Assembly (NCBI GenBank): GCA_964356285.1
Contig: CAYHGI010000001.1
Location: forward strand, 1-60,568
DNA length: 60,568 nucleotides
Origin: an uncultured Candidatus Saccharibacteria bacterium
GTDB taxonomy: Bacteria; Patescibacteriota; Minisyncoccia; Phycocordibacterales; UBA9973
Direction: 5' to 3'
Shown here: piece by piece, positions 18,783 through 30,091 of the stretch
Layout: each line of letters begins with the position of its first letter
Numbering within the stretch: position 1 is the stretch's first letter
Made by a program: the position numbers and the translations under genes
Notes under the pieces: generated by a model
Database searches by the model: none
Seen by the model: only the letters and a program-made list of their open reading frames with translations
What the model was told of the DNA's origin: nothing

Positions 18783-19036
18783 TTCCTTATTTTTTTCTTT
18801 AATAATTCTAAAATTATAAAACAAACCAAGGCCAACAGAAAAGAGATAAAAAGCATGTTGAAAAACCTCGGTTCTTTTGTTTGATAAAGCAGATCAGAAA
18901 TAAAAAATAAAAAGACCGCTTCCCAGAAAAATGTGAAATAAATCATACCCGCCAAAGCCAAAACGACAGAGACCCAAAAGGGCATAAAAAGTATGGAAAG
19001 CAATAAAATTGCAGAAGCAAAAATCCGTAGCAGCAT
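18779..19036 (-). CDS. small polytopic membrane protein (possibly MreD-like)
   Basis: 85 aa with three hydrophobic segments. It is coupled to PBP2 by a 4-nt overlap. Confidence 0.4.
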   Translation of the reverse strand: MLLRIFASAILLLSILFMPFWVSVVLALAGMIYFTFFWEAVFLFFISDLLYQTKEPRFFNMLFISFLLALVCFIILELLKKKIRK

Positions 19037-19045
19037 CTTTCTATC

Positions 19046-20431
19046 TTACCTTGAAGCGAGTTTGGAAGCCAGACCGGTGTAGTTTTTGGGCGTTATTTTC
19101 AGCAATTCTTTTTTTATTTTTTCATCTATTTTAAGATTTTTAATAAATATATGAATGTCAGCCAGGGTCACAGTTTTCCCGCGAGTGAGCTCTTTTAATT
19201 TTTCATACGGCATTTTTTCGCCCTCACGGCGCAAAATAGTTTGAATAGCTTCGGTAATTACTTCCGGATGATTGTTTAAATCTTTCTCCATGTTTTCTTT
19301 ATTCACTTTTATTCTTCCCAATTGTCTTTTTAAATACTCAAGAGCGATTAAGCTGTGAGCAAAGGCGCTTCCTATATTTCTTTGCACCGTAGAATCCGAC
19401 AAATCTCTTTGGAGTCTTGAGATTGGAAGTTTCCTTCCGAAAAATTCAAACAGGGCGTTTGCCATTCCCAGATTTCCCTCGCTATTTTCTAGAAACAAAG
19501 GATTGATTTTGTGTGGCATTGTAGAAGACCCCACTTCCCCTTCCACCGCTTTTTGCCCTATCCATCCATCACTGATGTATCTCCAGATATCTTGATTCAT
19601 ATCTATGAGTATAGTATTTGCTCGGCGTATCATATCAAAAAGCTCTATATAACTGTCATGTGGTTCGATTTGGGTAGTGTAAAGGTTTGTTGCGATTTTT
19701 ACTCTTCTTTCCTTTGCCAATTTTGTAATAAATTTTTGAGAAAACTCTATCCAGTTCACTTTTGGATAAGCTATTATTAGAGCGTTGTAGTTTCCTGTAG
19801 CGCCGTTCATTTTTACAAGTATTTTATGGCTTCTGATTTGGTTAAGTTGGCGCTTAAGTCTCTCTTCAAAAATTTTCATTTCTTTGCCGAAGGTTGTGGG
19901 TGAGGCTGGCTGACCATGAGTGCGCGCCAGCATCGGAGCATTTTTATTTTCTTTTGCGAGCTTTCCTATTTTATTTATGACGTCTTCTAGGGTCGGTATA
20001 TATACCTCTTTCAAGCTCTCACTTATCATAAGCGCGTAGGCAATATTAGTAGCATCTTCGGTGGTAAGACCAAAATGTACGAATTCTAAAACATTTTTCA
20101 AGCTACTATTTCCAAGTTTTTCTTTTATATAGTATTCAATTGCCTTGAAATCATGCTCGGTCGCTTTTATATTTTTATAACCTTTGAGTTCGATTCGGTT
20201 TATAATATCTGCATCATTTTCATTTAATTCATACAGACCTCTTATTAGATTCTTTTCTCTTCCAGAGAATTTTCGCAGGTTTAGTCCTTTAGTTTCCGAA
20301 AGAGTGATCAGGTATTCCCCTTCTGTGATAATTTTATATTTCATACTGGCTCTCTCGCTAAAAAAAGCTGAAAGCTTCTCGGTGTATTTTTTATAGCGCC
20401 CGTCTATGGGAGAAATTGAATTTAAAGACAT
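19046..20431 (-). CDS. purB: adenylosuccinate lyase
   Basis: SPIDGRYKKYT N-terminus and the fumarate-lyase signature GSSTMPHKINP. Confidence 0.9.
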   Translation of the reverse strand: MSLNSISPIDGRYKKYTEKLSAFFSERASMKYKIITEGEYLITLSETKGLNLRKFSGREKNLIRGLYELNENDADIINRIELKGYKNIKATEHDFKAIEYYIKEKLGNSSLKNVLEFVHFGLTTEDATNIAYALMISESLKEVYIPTLEDVINKIGKLAKENKNAPMLARTHGQPASPTTFGKEMKIFEERLKRQLNQIRSHKILVKMNGATGNYNALIIAYPKVNWIEFSQKFITKLAKERRVKIATNLYTTQIEPHDSYIELFDMIRRANTILIDMNQDIWRYISDGWIGQKAVEGEVGSSTMPHKINPLFLENSEGNLGMANALFEFFGRKLPISRLQRDLSDSTVQRNIGSAFAHSLIALEYLKRQLGRIKVNKENMEKDLNNHPEVITEAIQTILRREGEKMPYEKLKELTRGKTVTLADIHIFIKNLKIDEKIKKELLKITPKNYTGLASKLASR

Positions 20432-20433
20432 GT

Positions 20434-21366
20434 TTATATAATATATTTTTTTAGATTATTCTCTATTCTTTTTGAAATATCTCCAGTTTCGATTTTAAAA
20501 TTTTGTCCAGTGATTTGTTCGTAAATTTTTATATATCTGCGAGAAAGTTCGGTAATCATGTCCTGGGGAGCTTCCGGCAACACTTTGTCTTTATACGGAT
20601 CGCAATTTTGCTTGAACCATAAACGCAGGAATTCCTTGTCAAAATTTTCCGGTTCTAAGCCTTTTTCTATTCTTTCTTTATAGGAATTGGCTTGCCAGTA
20701 TCTAGAAGAATCAGGAGTGTGAATTTCATCCACAAGGGTTAATTCCCCTTTCTCATCTATTCCGAATTCGTATTTTGTATCCACCAGTATAAGTCCATGC
20801 GCTAGAGCCACTTCTTGCCCGCGTTTGAATAATTTAATTGCCGTGTCAGAAAGCTTTTTCCACATTTCTTCACTAACTATTTTTTCGTCCAAAATTTCTC
20901 TAGTTGTGAGCGGGCGATCGTGCTCGGCAGATTTTGTTGTCGGAGTCAAAACCGGATAATTCAATTTCTGATTCTTTTTCATGCCATCAGGCAAGGTAAA
21001 ATCCCCAAAATCTCGTTGTCCTTTTTGATAAAGTGTCCAGAGGCTTGTCCCGGTAACTCCTGTGATATAAGCGCGCGGCACTATTTCAATGGGAATGACT
21101 TTGCATTTCTTACCGACTACGACGTTTGGATCAGGAAATTCTATGACATGATTCTTTACAATGTCTTTGGTCTGCTCAAACCAAAAACGGCTAACTTGGG
21201 TGAGCACTTGTCCCTTAGAAGGAATCAAGGCCAGATTACGATCAAAGGCAGAATACCTGTCAGTAGAAACCATAATAACTTTATTTTTTTGAATATAAAC
21301 GTCCCGCACCTTGCCGGTGTATTTTTCTCCTAAATTCTTAAGATCTGTTTTTTCGAGAATATTCAT
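20434..21366 (-). CDS. purC: SAICAR synthetase
   Basis: YTGKVRDVY, LILVDTKYEFG and IHTPDSSRYW motifs. Confidence 0.9.
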   Translation of the reverse strand: MNILEKTDLKNLGEKYTGKVRDVYIQKNKVIMVSTDRYSAFDRNLALIPSKGQVLTQVSRFWFEQTKDIVKNHVIEFPDPNVVVGKKCKVIPIEIVPRAYITGVTGTSLWTLYQKGQRDFGDFTLPDGMKKNQKLNYPVLTPTTKSAEHDRPLTTREILDEKIVSEEMWKKLSDTAIKLFKRGQEVALAHGLILVDTKYEFGIDEKGELTLVDEIHTPDSSRYWQANSYKERIEKGLEPENFDKEFLRLWFKQNCDPYKDKVLPEAPQDMITELSRRYIKIYEQITGQNFKIETGDISKRIENNLKKYII

Positions 21367-21376
21367 ATATTTTCTA

Positions 21377-22534
21377 TTATTTATAAATAATTTTTTGATC
21401 TTTAGTTAATTTAGAAATTATAGATAATTGCGGAGTATCTTTTTTTATAATTTTGCCTACGACCTTGGCTTTAATTGAAAAATCTTTAGCCCTTTCAATA
21501 CAATAATCAGCATCTTTTTCTTCTACTATTAATAACATACCTTGTCCTCCGTTCCAAACCTCATAGAACTCCTCATCATTGAGGCCTCGCCACTCTGCAC
21601 ACTTTTTCATAATCTGCGGTGGTTCCCATAAATCAAAAAGTTCGGCGGAAAGCTTTTTTGGGAAAAGAATATCTTTTGCCAGTTTTTCTTTCAAGGCTCC
21701 TCCGGAAAGATGAACAATGGAGTGAATGTTAATTTCCGGCTTAAAATCTTTACTAAACCATCCATGAAGAGTATTAATATAAGTATCGTAAAGAATAGAA
21801 GGAGTTGCTGCTTGTTTTATACTCTTTTTCGCCTTTGGATTTTTCCACCATTCTTTTCCAAATTTTTTTCTTAAAGCTTTTCTCAGCGAACTTATTCCGT
21901 TGCAACGAAATCCGTTCTCTTTCAATCCAATAATGACTTGTCCGGGAGCGAGTTTCTCTCCTGTTATCATTTTATTTTTATGATAGGCGCCGATCATAGT
22001 TCCAGACCAATTCAATTTGGTTTTAGATTCCGAAATTTCAGATCCAATAGCATCTCCCATTTGCGCGGTTTCTCCCTTCAAAACCACAATTTTTGATTCT
22101 TTAGCTACTTTTCCTAAACCGGAAATCGCGCTCTTGTAAGTTTGGCTTACTTTATCGCCGGCATTTCCTATGGAAGTAGTATCAAAAACATTAACGAAAA
22201 TTAGAGGAATTCCGCCATAGCGGGTAATATCGCTCGCAGTCATAGCTATGATGTCATAGGCAGCTAAATGATGGGTCTTTGCGGCATCAATAATAATACC
22301 TTTGGTTCCTAGTCCATCTGTGGATGCCTCTATCAAGTACCCTTTTGGGAGATTTTTGAAATTAAAAGGTCGAGGACCGCGAAAGTTTCCCCCGGAAAAA
22401 TCAGTTATATCAACGAAAGGAGAATTTTTATAACTTGCCTTACATACAGAACCCGCAAAACTACTAAACGAAGATTCTTCTTCCACATCAACTCCGTCAC
22501 TGGAATAAATCTTTTTCTTCGTTAGTTTGCTCAT
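21377..22534 (-). CDS. purM: AIR synthetase (phosphoribosylformylglycinamidine cyclo-ligase)
   Basis: DGLGTKGII...AYDIIAMTASDITRYGGIPLIF matches the PurM/AIRS fold, in pur operon context. Confidence 0.8.
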   Translation of the reverse strand: MSKLTKKKIYSSDGVDVEEESSFSSFAGSVCKASYKNSPFVDITDFSGGNFRGPRPFNFKNLPKGYLIEASTDGLGTKGIIIDAAKTHHLAAYDIIAMTASDITRYGGIPLIFVNVFDTTSIGNAGDKVSQTYKSAISGLGKVAKESKIVVLKGETAQMGDAIGSEISESKTKLNWSGTMIGAYHKNKMITGEKLAPGQVIIGLKENGFRCNGISSLRKALRKKFGKEWWKNPKAKKSIKQAATPSILYDTYINTLHGWFSKDFKPEINIHSIVHLSGGALKEKLAKDILFPKKLSAELFDLWEPPQIMKKCAEWRGLNDEEFYEVWNGGQGMLLIVEEKDADYCIERAKDFSIKAKVVGKIIKKDTPQLSIISKLTKDQKIIYK

Positions 22535-22536
22535 AT

Positions 22537-23064
22537 CTATTTATCTGATTTTCCTTGCAAATATTTTTTATACCCAATCTTTTGCAATTTTTTTCCTTTT
22601 ATTTCTATTTCGTCAGCCATTTTCTTTTTATAAACAACAAGTTTTTTTTCTAAGTTTTTATCAACAATGGCTAGTATTTGGATTGCCAATAGTCCGGCGT
22701 TTTTAGCGGAATTTATGCCGACCGTGGCGACAGGTACTCCCGGAGGCATACCTACAGTGGAGAAAAGAGAATCAAGCCCCTTTAGATTTTTTGACTTGAC
22801 CGGTACGCCGATGACTGGCAGAGTGGTGAGTGATGCAACCACTCCAGCCAAGTGCGCTGCTCCGCCCGCGCCTGCAATGATAATTTTTATTCCGCAATTT
22901 TTGGCATTGGTCGCATACTTATGCACAGTCTCTGGAGAACGATGCGCGGAAGCAACCGTAATTTCATAACTTACTTCAAATTCTTCTAGAATTTTAGCCG
23001 CTTCAGCCATCACTTCTAAATCCGAATCCGAGCCCATGAGTATGCCAACCTTAGTGTCTTTCAT
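22537..23064 (-). CDS. purE: PurE (carboxyaminoimidazole ribonucleotide mutase/carboxylase)
   Basis: [21 protein letters not shown] and [10 protein letters not shown] motifs. Confidence 0.9.
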   Translation of the reverse strand: MKDTKVGILMGSDSDLEVMAEAAKILEEFEVSYEITVASAHRSPETVHKYATNAKNCGIKIIIAGAGGAAHLAGVVASLTTLPVIGVPVKSKNLKGLDSLFSTVGMPPGVPVATVGINSAKNAGLLAIQILAIVDKNLEKKLVVYKKKMADEIEIKGKKLQKIGYKKYLQGKSDK

Positions 23065-23136
23065 TATGTTTTCATATTAACATTTTTTCTATAGAAAACA
23101 AATTCACCTAAAATAAAAAGTCAGAACTCAACATAG

Positions 23137-23175
23137 ATATTCTTAACTTTCATGCATATGCTAGAATATTAAGAA
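23137..23175. repeat. left copy of ~35-bp inverted repeat bracketing the PaaX-like gene
   Basis: tcttaactttcatgcatatgctagaatattaag. Its partner is at 23806-23840, sharing the 14-nt core gcatatgctagaat and tcttaa. Confidence 0.65.
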
Positions 23176-23184
23176 AAAGGTTTA

Positions 23185-23802
23185 TTAGGTTAAATTGAAA
23201 TACTTTTTGATTTTTTCATCGCGCAGTATGTTGTCAACAGTCAAAACTTCAACATACTTCACTACCCCAAAGAAATCAGAGATGAAGATAATTTCATCTT
23301 CACATGGATACGGATATATCCAGGCGGACTTCTGGAATTGGAAAAAATCCAGATTTTTTAGGTGATAACGCAGCGCCTCTCTTCCTTTTGTAAATCTCAT
23401 AGGTATATCAAACATCGCTAATCTCCATTTCCCATCCCATCTCTTCGGTATTTTAATCTTCATTAACTCAATGTCGAATTCTCTAAGTCTAACTTCTCCC
23501 CTTTTAGTGACTTTAACTATTGCTTTACCATTTTTGTCTCTAACATATTCGATGAGTTTTTGGCGCTTCAAGCTATCGATAGCATTCTGGATCTGCCTTT
23601 TGGAATACCTTTTAGAACCTTCAAACATACCAAAGCATTGCACAGCATTGCCTATAACAGCGGCACCAAGCACAAGAACGGGAAGCGAAGCTAGTGCAAC
23701 GACGCATAGAGCAACAGTAGCAATCTTTGCTTCTTTGGTGTCAGAATTCAAAAAATTTCTTAATCTCTCTGTATAGTTGTCTTTATTTTTTAGTATTTCC
23801 AT
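23185..23802 (-). CDS. PaaX-family/Cas2-like-domain regulator with N-terminal TM helix
   Basis: The hydrophobic segment AKIATVALCVVALASLPVLVLGAAVIG is followed by a winged-helix-like part. After that comes KRWDGKWRLAMFDIPMRFTKGREALRYHLKNLDFFQFQKSAWIYP, typical of the PaaX C-terminal region. Confidence 0.6.
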   Translation of the reverse strand: MEILKNKDNYTERLRNFLNSDTKEAKIATVALCVVALASLPVLVLGAAVIGNAVQCFGMFEGSKRYSKRQIQNAIDSLKRQKLIEYVRDKNGKAIVKVTKRGEVRLREFDIELMKIKIPKRWDGKWRLAMFDIPMRFTKGREALRYHLKNLDFFQFQKSAWIYPYPCEDEIIFISDFFGVVKYVEVLTVDNILRDEKIKKYFNLT

Positions 23803-23805
23803 ACT

Positions 23806-23840
23806 CTTATAATTCTAGCATATGCAAGATTCTTAAGATA
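23806..23840. repeat. right copy of the inverted repeat bracketing the PaaX-like gene
   Basis: The reverse complement tatcttaagaatcttgcatatgctagaattataag aligns with 23137-23175. Confidence 0.65.
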
Positions 23841-23933
23841 ACAGAATGAAATAAGATTTGTGTGTAAAAACAAAAAATCGCTGGGCGAACCATGCGAAAT
23901 TTTTTGATGTTTTTGCCCCTCCTTTGTGGGGCG

Positions 23934-24185
23934 TTAAGTTTTTTTGCTTCGCCGTGCTATTGCAGACAACACACCTCCATAGAGAGATGCAATCTCTTTA
24001 GTCTGGGGATCGAATCCGGCGGGAATTTTACCTTCTTGAGCCAAGATGGCTAACTCTAGGTAAGTCTCAATCATTGCCTTCAAGGTTTCAGTTTTCGAGC
24101 CGAACCCGCAAATTTCTAAAGCCTGGTCAATCATTTCATGATGACTGGGCGGCAAATCTAAGCTGAGTCTAATTTTGGTGATCAT
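23934..24185 (-). CDS. ribbon-helix-helix (CopG-like) small DNA-binding protein
   Basis: 83 aa. The N-terminus ITKIRLSLDLPPSHHEMIDQALE has a beta-strand then helix pattern. GC is higher than in neighbouring genes. Confidence 0.45.
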   Translation of the reverse strand: MITKIRLSLDLPPSHHEMIDQALEICGFGSKTETLKAMIETYLELAILAQEGKIPAGFDPQTKEIASLYGGVLSAIARRSKKT

Positions 24186-24224
24186 TCAACATGGTTTATA
24201 TCACACCGGGCGTCTTTTGTCTAG

Positions 24225-25718
24225 TTAATGTTTAAAATGCCTAAATCCAGTCGTAACCATTGCCATGTTGTATTTATCGGCCATATTGATTGATGCTTGG
24301 TCGTTCTTTGAGCCGCCGGGCTGGATAACTGCCGTGATGCCATTTTTGGCGGCTTCTTCGACGCAATCAGGAAATGGAAAGAACGCTTCGGAAGACATCA
24401 CGGTGCCTTTTAGTGAAAAATTGAATCTATTTGCCTTGTCTATTGCCTGCTTTAAGGCATCAATGCGAGATGTTTGTCCGCAGCCCATGGAGATGAGCGC
24501 GCCGTTTTTTACCAGAGCGATGGCGTTTGATTTTAAATGTTTGGTCGCTACCGAGGCTACGAGCAAGTCTTTAGTTTCTTCGACAGTTGGTTTTCTTTTT
24601 GTTGTTACTTTAAAATCCCCTTCAGTTTCTGTATGAGTATCGCGGTCTTGGACCAGTGTGCCAGTAAAAGATGTTCGCGTTTGTTTTTGTGGAAGAATAG
24701 GATTTTTCCATTGTAAAATTCGGCAATCTTTCTTTTCTTTGAGAATCGCGAGCGCTTCTTCAGAAAAATCCGGCGCGATTATTACTTCTACAAAAAGCTT
24801 TTGCTCTTTTATCAGTTTGGCTATATCTTCTGTTATTTTTCTATTGGCCGCCAATATTCCCCCAAAAGCTGACAGTGGATCCGCGTTGTAGGCCGACTTG
24901 TATGCTTCTAGTAAATTATTTTTTATTGCCAATCCGCAGGTATTCATATGCTTCACGATGGCGAAAGCCGGATCTTTGAAATCATTTACTACCATGATAG
25001 CCGCCTCGGTGTCTATGAAGTTATTATATGAAAGTTCTTTACCGTGGAGCTGGACAAAACTTTCTGCCAGATCCCCTATAAATTCTGCTTTTTGATGAGG
25101 ATTTTCTCCATATCGAAGCGTTGTACCCTGAAAGTAACTTCTAATTGCAAAATCATATTTACTAGTGATTTCAAATGCACTTCCGGCAAACTTTTTACGT
25201 TCTTCAAGTGTGGTTTCGGTCCCCTTTTCTAAAATATTTTCTAGATTCTTATATTGATCTTTAGAAGATATCACTACAACATCATTAAAATTCTTCGCCG
25301 CCGCGCGAATGAGAGATACTCCGCCGATGTCTATTTTTTCTATTATTTCGGTTTCGGTGCCGCCTTTAGCAAGAGTTTCCTCGAATGGATACAAATCTAC
25401 AATAACTAAATCTATATCTTTTATTTTGTGTTTTGCTTTTTCTTTCTGATCTTCTGAATTATCTCGGCGATTCAAAATTCCTCCGAAAATCTGAGGCTGT
25501 AAAGTTTTAACTCTCCCGCCGAATACAGCCGGAAAATTTGTAATTTCTTCTATTTCAGTAACTGGGATTTTCAATTTCCGTATAAATTCTGCTGTGCCAC
25601 CTGTAGAAATTATTTTTACGCGGTACTTATCTAAAAGCCTAACGATCTCCTCGAGTCCATCCTTATTAAAAACTGATATAAGAGCTGAATTTATTTTTTT
25701 TGTCATATATTTATTCAA
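24225..25718 (-). CDS. purH: bifunctional AICAR transformylase / IMP cyclohydrolase
   Basis: ALISVFNKDGL, GGTAEF and the C-terminal QPGGSKNDQ...TGFRHFKH motifs. The alternative start MTKK at 25706 avoids overlap with guaA. Confidence 0.9.
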   Translation of the reverse strand: MNKYMTKKINSALISVFNKDGLEEIVRLLDKYRVKIISTGGTAEFIRKLKIPVTEIEEITNFPAVFGGRVKTLQPQIFGGILNRRDNSEDQKEKAKHKIKDIDLVIVDLYPFEETLAKGGTETEIIEKIDIGGVSLIRAAAKNFNDVVVISSKDQYKNLENILEKGTETTLEERKKFAGSAFEITSKYDFAIRSYFQGTTLRYGENPHQKAEFIGDLAESFVQLHGKELSYNNFIDTEAAIMVVNDFKDPAFAIVKHMNTCGLAIKNNLLEAYKSAYNADPLSAFGGILAANRKITEDIAKLIKEQKLFVEVIIAPDFSEEALAILKEKKDCRILQWKNPILPQKQTRTSFTGTLVQDRDTHTETEGDFKVTTKRKPTVEETKDLLVASVATKHLKSNAIALVKNGALISMGCGQTSRIDALKQAIDKANRFNFSLKGTVMSSEAFFPFPDCVEEAAKNGITAVIQPGGSKNDQASINMADKYNMAMVTTGFRHFKH

Positions 25719-27249
25719 ATTCCGTTGTTGCCGGAGGCTTAGGAGTCATGTCAAAAAATACTCGGACAATATTTTTGTGCTTAGTTAGGGCGTTGGTAAT
25801 TTCGTCAACTACAATTTGCGGGAAATAATAGCCTTTGGCAGTCATGAAGTCTGATGTCTGGACTGCTCGCACAGCTATGGAGTGACCATACACTCTTTCG
25901 TCTCCTTTGACTCCCACGGAATTGATGCCGAGAAGGGCGACAATAATTTGTGAAATTTCTTTTTGAATGTTGTATTTTTTTATTATGTCTGTAACTGTTT
26001 TATCTGCTTGTCTGACCAATTCTAATTTTTCTTTGGAAACCGGTGTGCCGACAACTCGTAAATACAATCCCGGTCCGGGGAACGGATTGCGCTCGTACAC
26101 TTCTTTCGGAAGCTTGAGTGCCTTGGCAAGTTCACGAACTTCATATTTAAATAAATTGCGGAGCGGATGCAGATCGCTTATTCCCCTTGCTTCCCAGTCG
26201 AGGCCGACATTGTGGTGGGTCTTGATCATGGCCGACTTTCCCGCTTGTCCGCTTTCTATAATATCGGTTGCTAGAGTTCCCTGCACGATAAATCCAGCTT
26301 TATATTTTTTTATTTCTTTTTCAAATATTTTTTTGTAAACTTCTCTGAATTTTTCGCGTTTTTCTTCCCCATCAATTGTTGTGGAAATATTTTTAATGAA
26401 ATCAACTTCTGCACTAATTATTACCAAATTTTTCACGCCTGCACTCCTAGAGTTGGCTTTTATTTCTTCAAATTCTTCCGCGCGCACTCCGCCGGTGGCT
26501 ATCGCTACACAAATGAGCTGTTCGCCTAGCACCGGAGCAAGAATTGCAGCCAGTGTAGTAGAATCTACTCCGCCGGAGAAACCTAGAATAACTTTTTGTT
26601 TGTTTTTGCTCACACTTTTTAATACCTCTTCCTGTATTTCTTTAATCAAATTTTTCGGATCCCAGTCTTTTGCGCAGCCAGAAAGATTTAAAAAATTCTG
26701 TAGTATTTTTTTACCTTCTTTTGTGTGCGCGACTTCCGGATGAAATTGGATGCCCAGTATTTTATTATTTTTATTAGACATGGCGGCAAAACCTTTTGAG
26801 GTGGCAATAGAACTAAAACCTTTCGGCAGTTTAGTAACAGTGTCTCCATGGCTTGCCCACACTTCTGTCTTTTTAGGAACATTTTTAAAAAGCGGGTTTG
26901 CAGTGTTTATTTCTACAACAGCCGGACCATATTCCTTCTTGCCATGTTCTTGTTCTACTTTGCCTCCTAATTTGTGGGCTAAAAGTTGCATGCCGTAGCA
27001 TATTCCCAGTATCACATATTTTTTGCCTGTTAAATCTATTTTTTTGGGGAGAGACGGCGCGTTTTCATCATACGCGCTCCAGTTACTGCCGGAGAGAATT
27101 ACCGCTTTCGGATGATTGTCTTTAAGCCAAGCGTTCGCTTTTTCCGGCGAAAAGATAACACTACGCACTCCGAGCTCGCGCAAGGCGCGACCAATAACGA
27201 GAGTGTATTGCGAGCCGTAATCTACAATGAGAATTTGTATAGGATTCAT
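25711..27249 (-). CDS. guaA: GMP synthase (glutamine-hydrolysing)
   Basis: GATase domain (GICYGMQ, HPE), ATP-PPase SGGVDS motif and the C-terminal KPPATTEFE. Confidence 0.95.
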   Translation of the reverse strand: MNPIQILIVDYGSQYTLVIGRALRELGVRSVIFSPEKANAWLKDNHPKAVILSGSNWSAYDENAPSLPKKIDLTGKKYVILGICYGMQLLAHKLGGKVEQEHGKKEYGPAVVEINTANPLFKNVPKKTEVWASHGDTVTKLPKGFSSIATSKGFAAMSNKNNKILGIQFHPEVAHTKEGKKILQNFLNLSGCAKDWDPKNLIKEIQEEVLKSVSKNKQKVILGFSGGVDSTTLAAILAPVLGEQLICVAIATGGVRAEEFEEIKANSRSAGVKNLVIISAEVDFIKNISTTIDGEEKREKFREVYKKIFEKEIKKYKAGFIVQGTLATDIIESGQAGKSAMIKTHHNVGLDWEARGISDLHPLRNLFKYEVRELAKALKLPKEVYERNPFPGPGLYLRVVGTPVSKEKLELVRQADKTVTDIIKKYNIQKEISQIIVALLGINSVGVKGDERVYGHSIAVRAVQTSDFMTAKGYYFPQIVVDEITNALTKHKNIVRVFFDMTPKPPATTEFE

Positions 27250-27259
27250 AATGTGATAG

Positions 27260-28759
<1,500 letters not shown>

Positions 28760-28768
28760 TAAAATTAT

Positions 28769-30088
28769 ATGAAACAAGGATTCATCGATGTAGTCGTCGG
28801 ACTGCAATGGGGAGACGAGGGTAAAGGCAAAAATATTGACGAGCTTATTTCTCATGGAAAGTATGCTGGTGTTGCAAGATTTCAAGGTGGAGCAAACGCT
28901 GGGCATACCTTAAAATACAAAAATACTACTTTTGTGGGTCACATAGTTCCATCGGGTTGCTTACAAAAAGATGTTGAACTTTATATAGGAAACGGAGTAG
29001 TGGTGGATGTCGTATCTTTAATTAAAGAAATAGACGAATTAAAAAATTTTGGGTTCAAAATTACTCCTCGCCTTTATATTTCTAATCGAGCAAAACTTGT
29101 ATCATACCTCCATCCTTTTATTGATCAAGCTGATGAGCATTACAGGAATAAAAGAGGAGCAAAGATAGGCACGACCTCAAGAGGTATCGGTCCGGCATAT
29201 GCTGATGCTAGGGCTCGAAGAGGTCTTCTTGTGGGTGATGTGCTTTTGTCTGATTTTGTCGAAAAAGAAAAAATCCTAGCTGATTTTCACATGAATGTTT
29301 TGAATATGTATCAAGAAAAATATGGTTTCAAAATTAATTTACAAAAAATAAAAGAAGCAGAAAAAAAATGGTGGGAGGCCTTGGAAGAATTAAATAAGCT
29401 CCAGATTTGCGATTTGTCATTTTTGATACAGAAAAGGCTTTCCGAAGGCAAAAATATTCTAGCCGAAGGCGCGCAGGCAGTGATGCTAGATATTGATTTT
29501 GGAGACTATCCCAATGTTACCAGCTCGAATACTTTGCCTGCGAACGTATGTCTCGGGCTCGGTGTGCCTCATACGGCTCTACGAGACATTTACGGCGTAA
29601 TTAAGGCATATACCACAAAAGTAGGAGGTGGCAACTTCCCTGCTAGGATTAAAGACGTAGTTCTTGAGAAAGCTTTTCAGGACGCTGGGCATGAATTTGG
29701 AGCAACTACCGGCCGACCGAGGATGTGTGGCTGGCTCGACATATTTGCGCTTCGCCATGCTGTCATGCTTTCCGGTGTTAATAAAATTTTTATAAATAAA
29801 GCGGATATTTGCAAAAGTTCTAAAATGAAAGTTGTAATTGGGTATAAAAACGGCAGGAAAATACTAAAAGAATTTCCTTTGTATCTATCGCAAGTGACTG
29901 ATGTAATTACCGAAGAAATTCCCGGATGGGGGCAGAAAAATTACGGGGTAAAAGACAAAAAAAATGTTTCCAAAGAACTTCAATCATATTTAAACTACAT
30001 TGAAAAGAAACTTTTGGATTTGGATGTGAAAATCATCGCAGTCGGCACCGGCCAAGACCGGGATCAATTTTTTAGGTGGAGTAAGTAG
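28769..30088 (+). CDS. purA: adenylosuccinate synthetase
   Basis: VVGLQWGDEGKGK, GTTSRGIGPAY and GATTGRPR motifs. Confidence 0.95.
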   Translation: MKQGFIDVVVGLQWGDEGKGKNIDELISHGKYAGVARFQGGANAGHTLKYKNTTFVGHIVPSGCLQKDVELYIGNGVVVDVVSLIKEIDELKNFGFKITPRLYISNRAKLVSYLHPFIDQADEHYRNKRGAKIGTTSRGIGPAYADARARRGLLVGDVLLSDFVEKEKILADFHMNVLNMYQEKYGFKINLQKIKEAEKKWWEALEELNKLQICDLSFLIQKRLSEGKNILAEGAQAVMLDIDFGDYPNVTSSNTLPANVCLGLGVPHTALRDIYGVIKAYTTKVGGGNFPARIKDVVLEKAFQDAGHEFGATTGRPRMCGWLDIFALRHAVMLSGVNKIFINKADICKSSKMKVVIGYKNGRKILKEFPLYLSQVTDVITEEIPGWGQKNYGVKDKKNVSKELQSYLNYIEKKLLDLDVKIIAVGTGQDRDQFFRWSK

Positions 30089-30091
30089 AAT

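Noticed and set aside
24005-24030. tRNA-like T-arm (ggggatcgaatccggc)
   Set aside because: The flanking bases do not form a T stem or an acceptor stem, and the sequence lies inside the RHH ORF.
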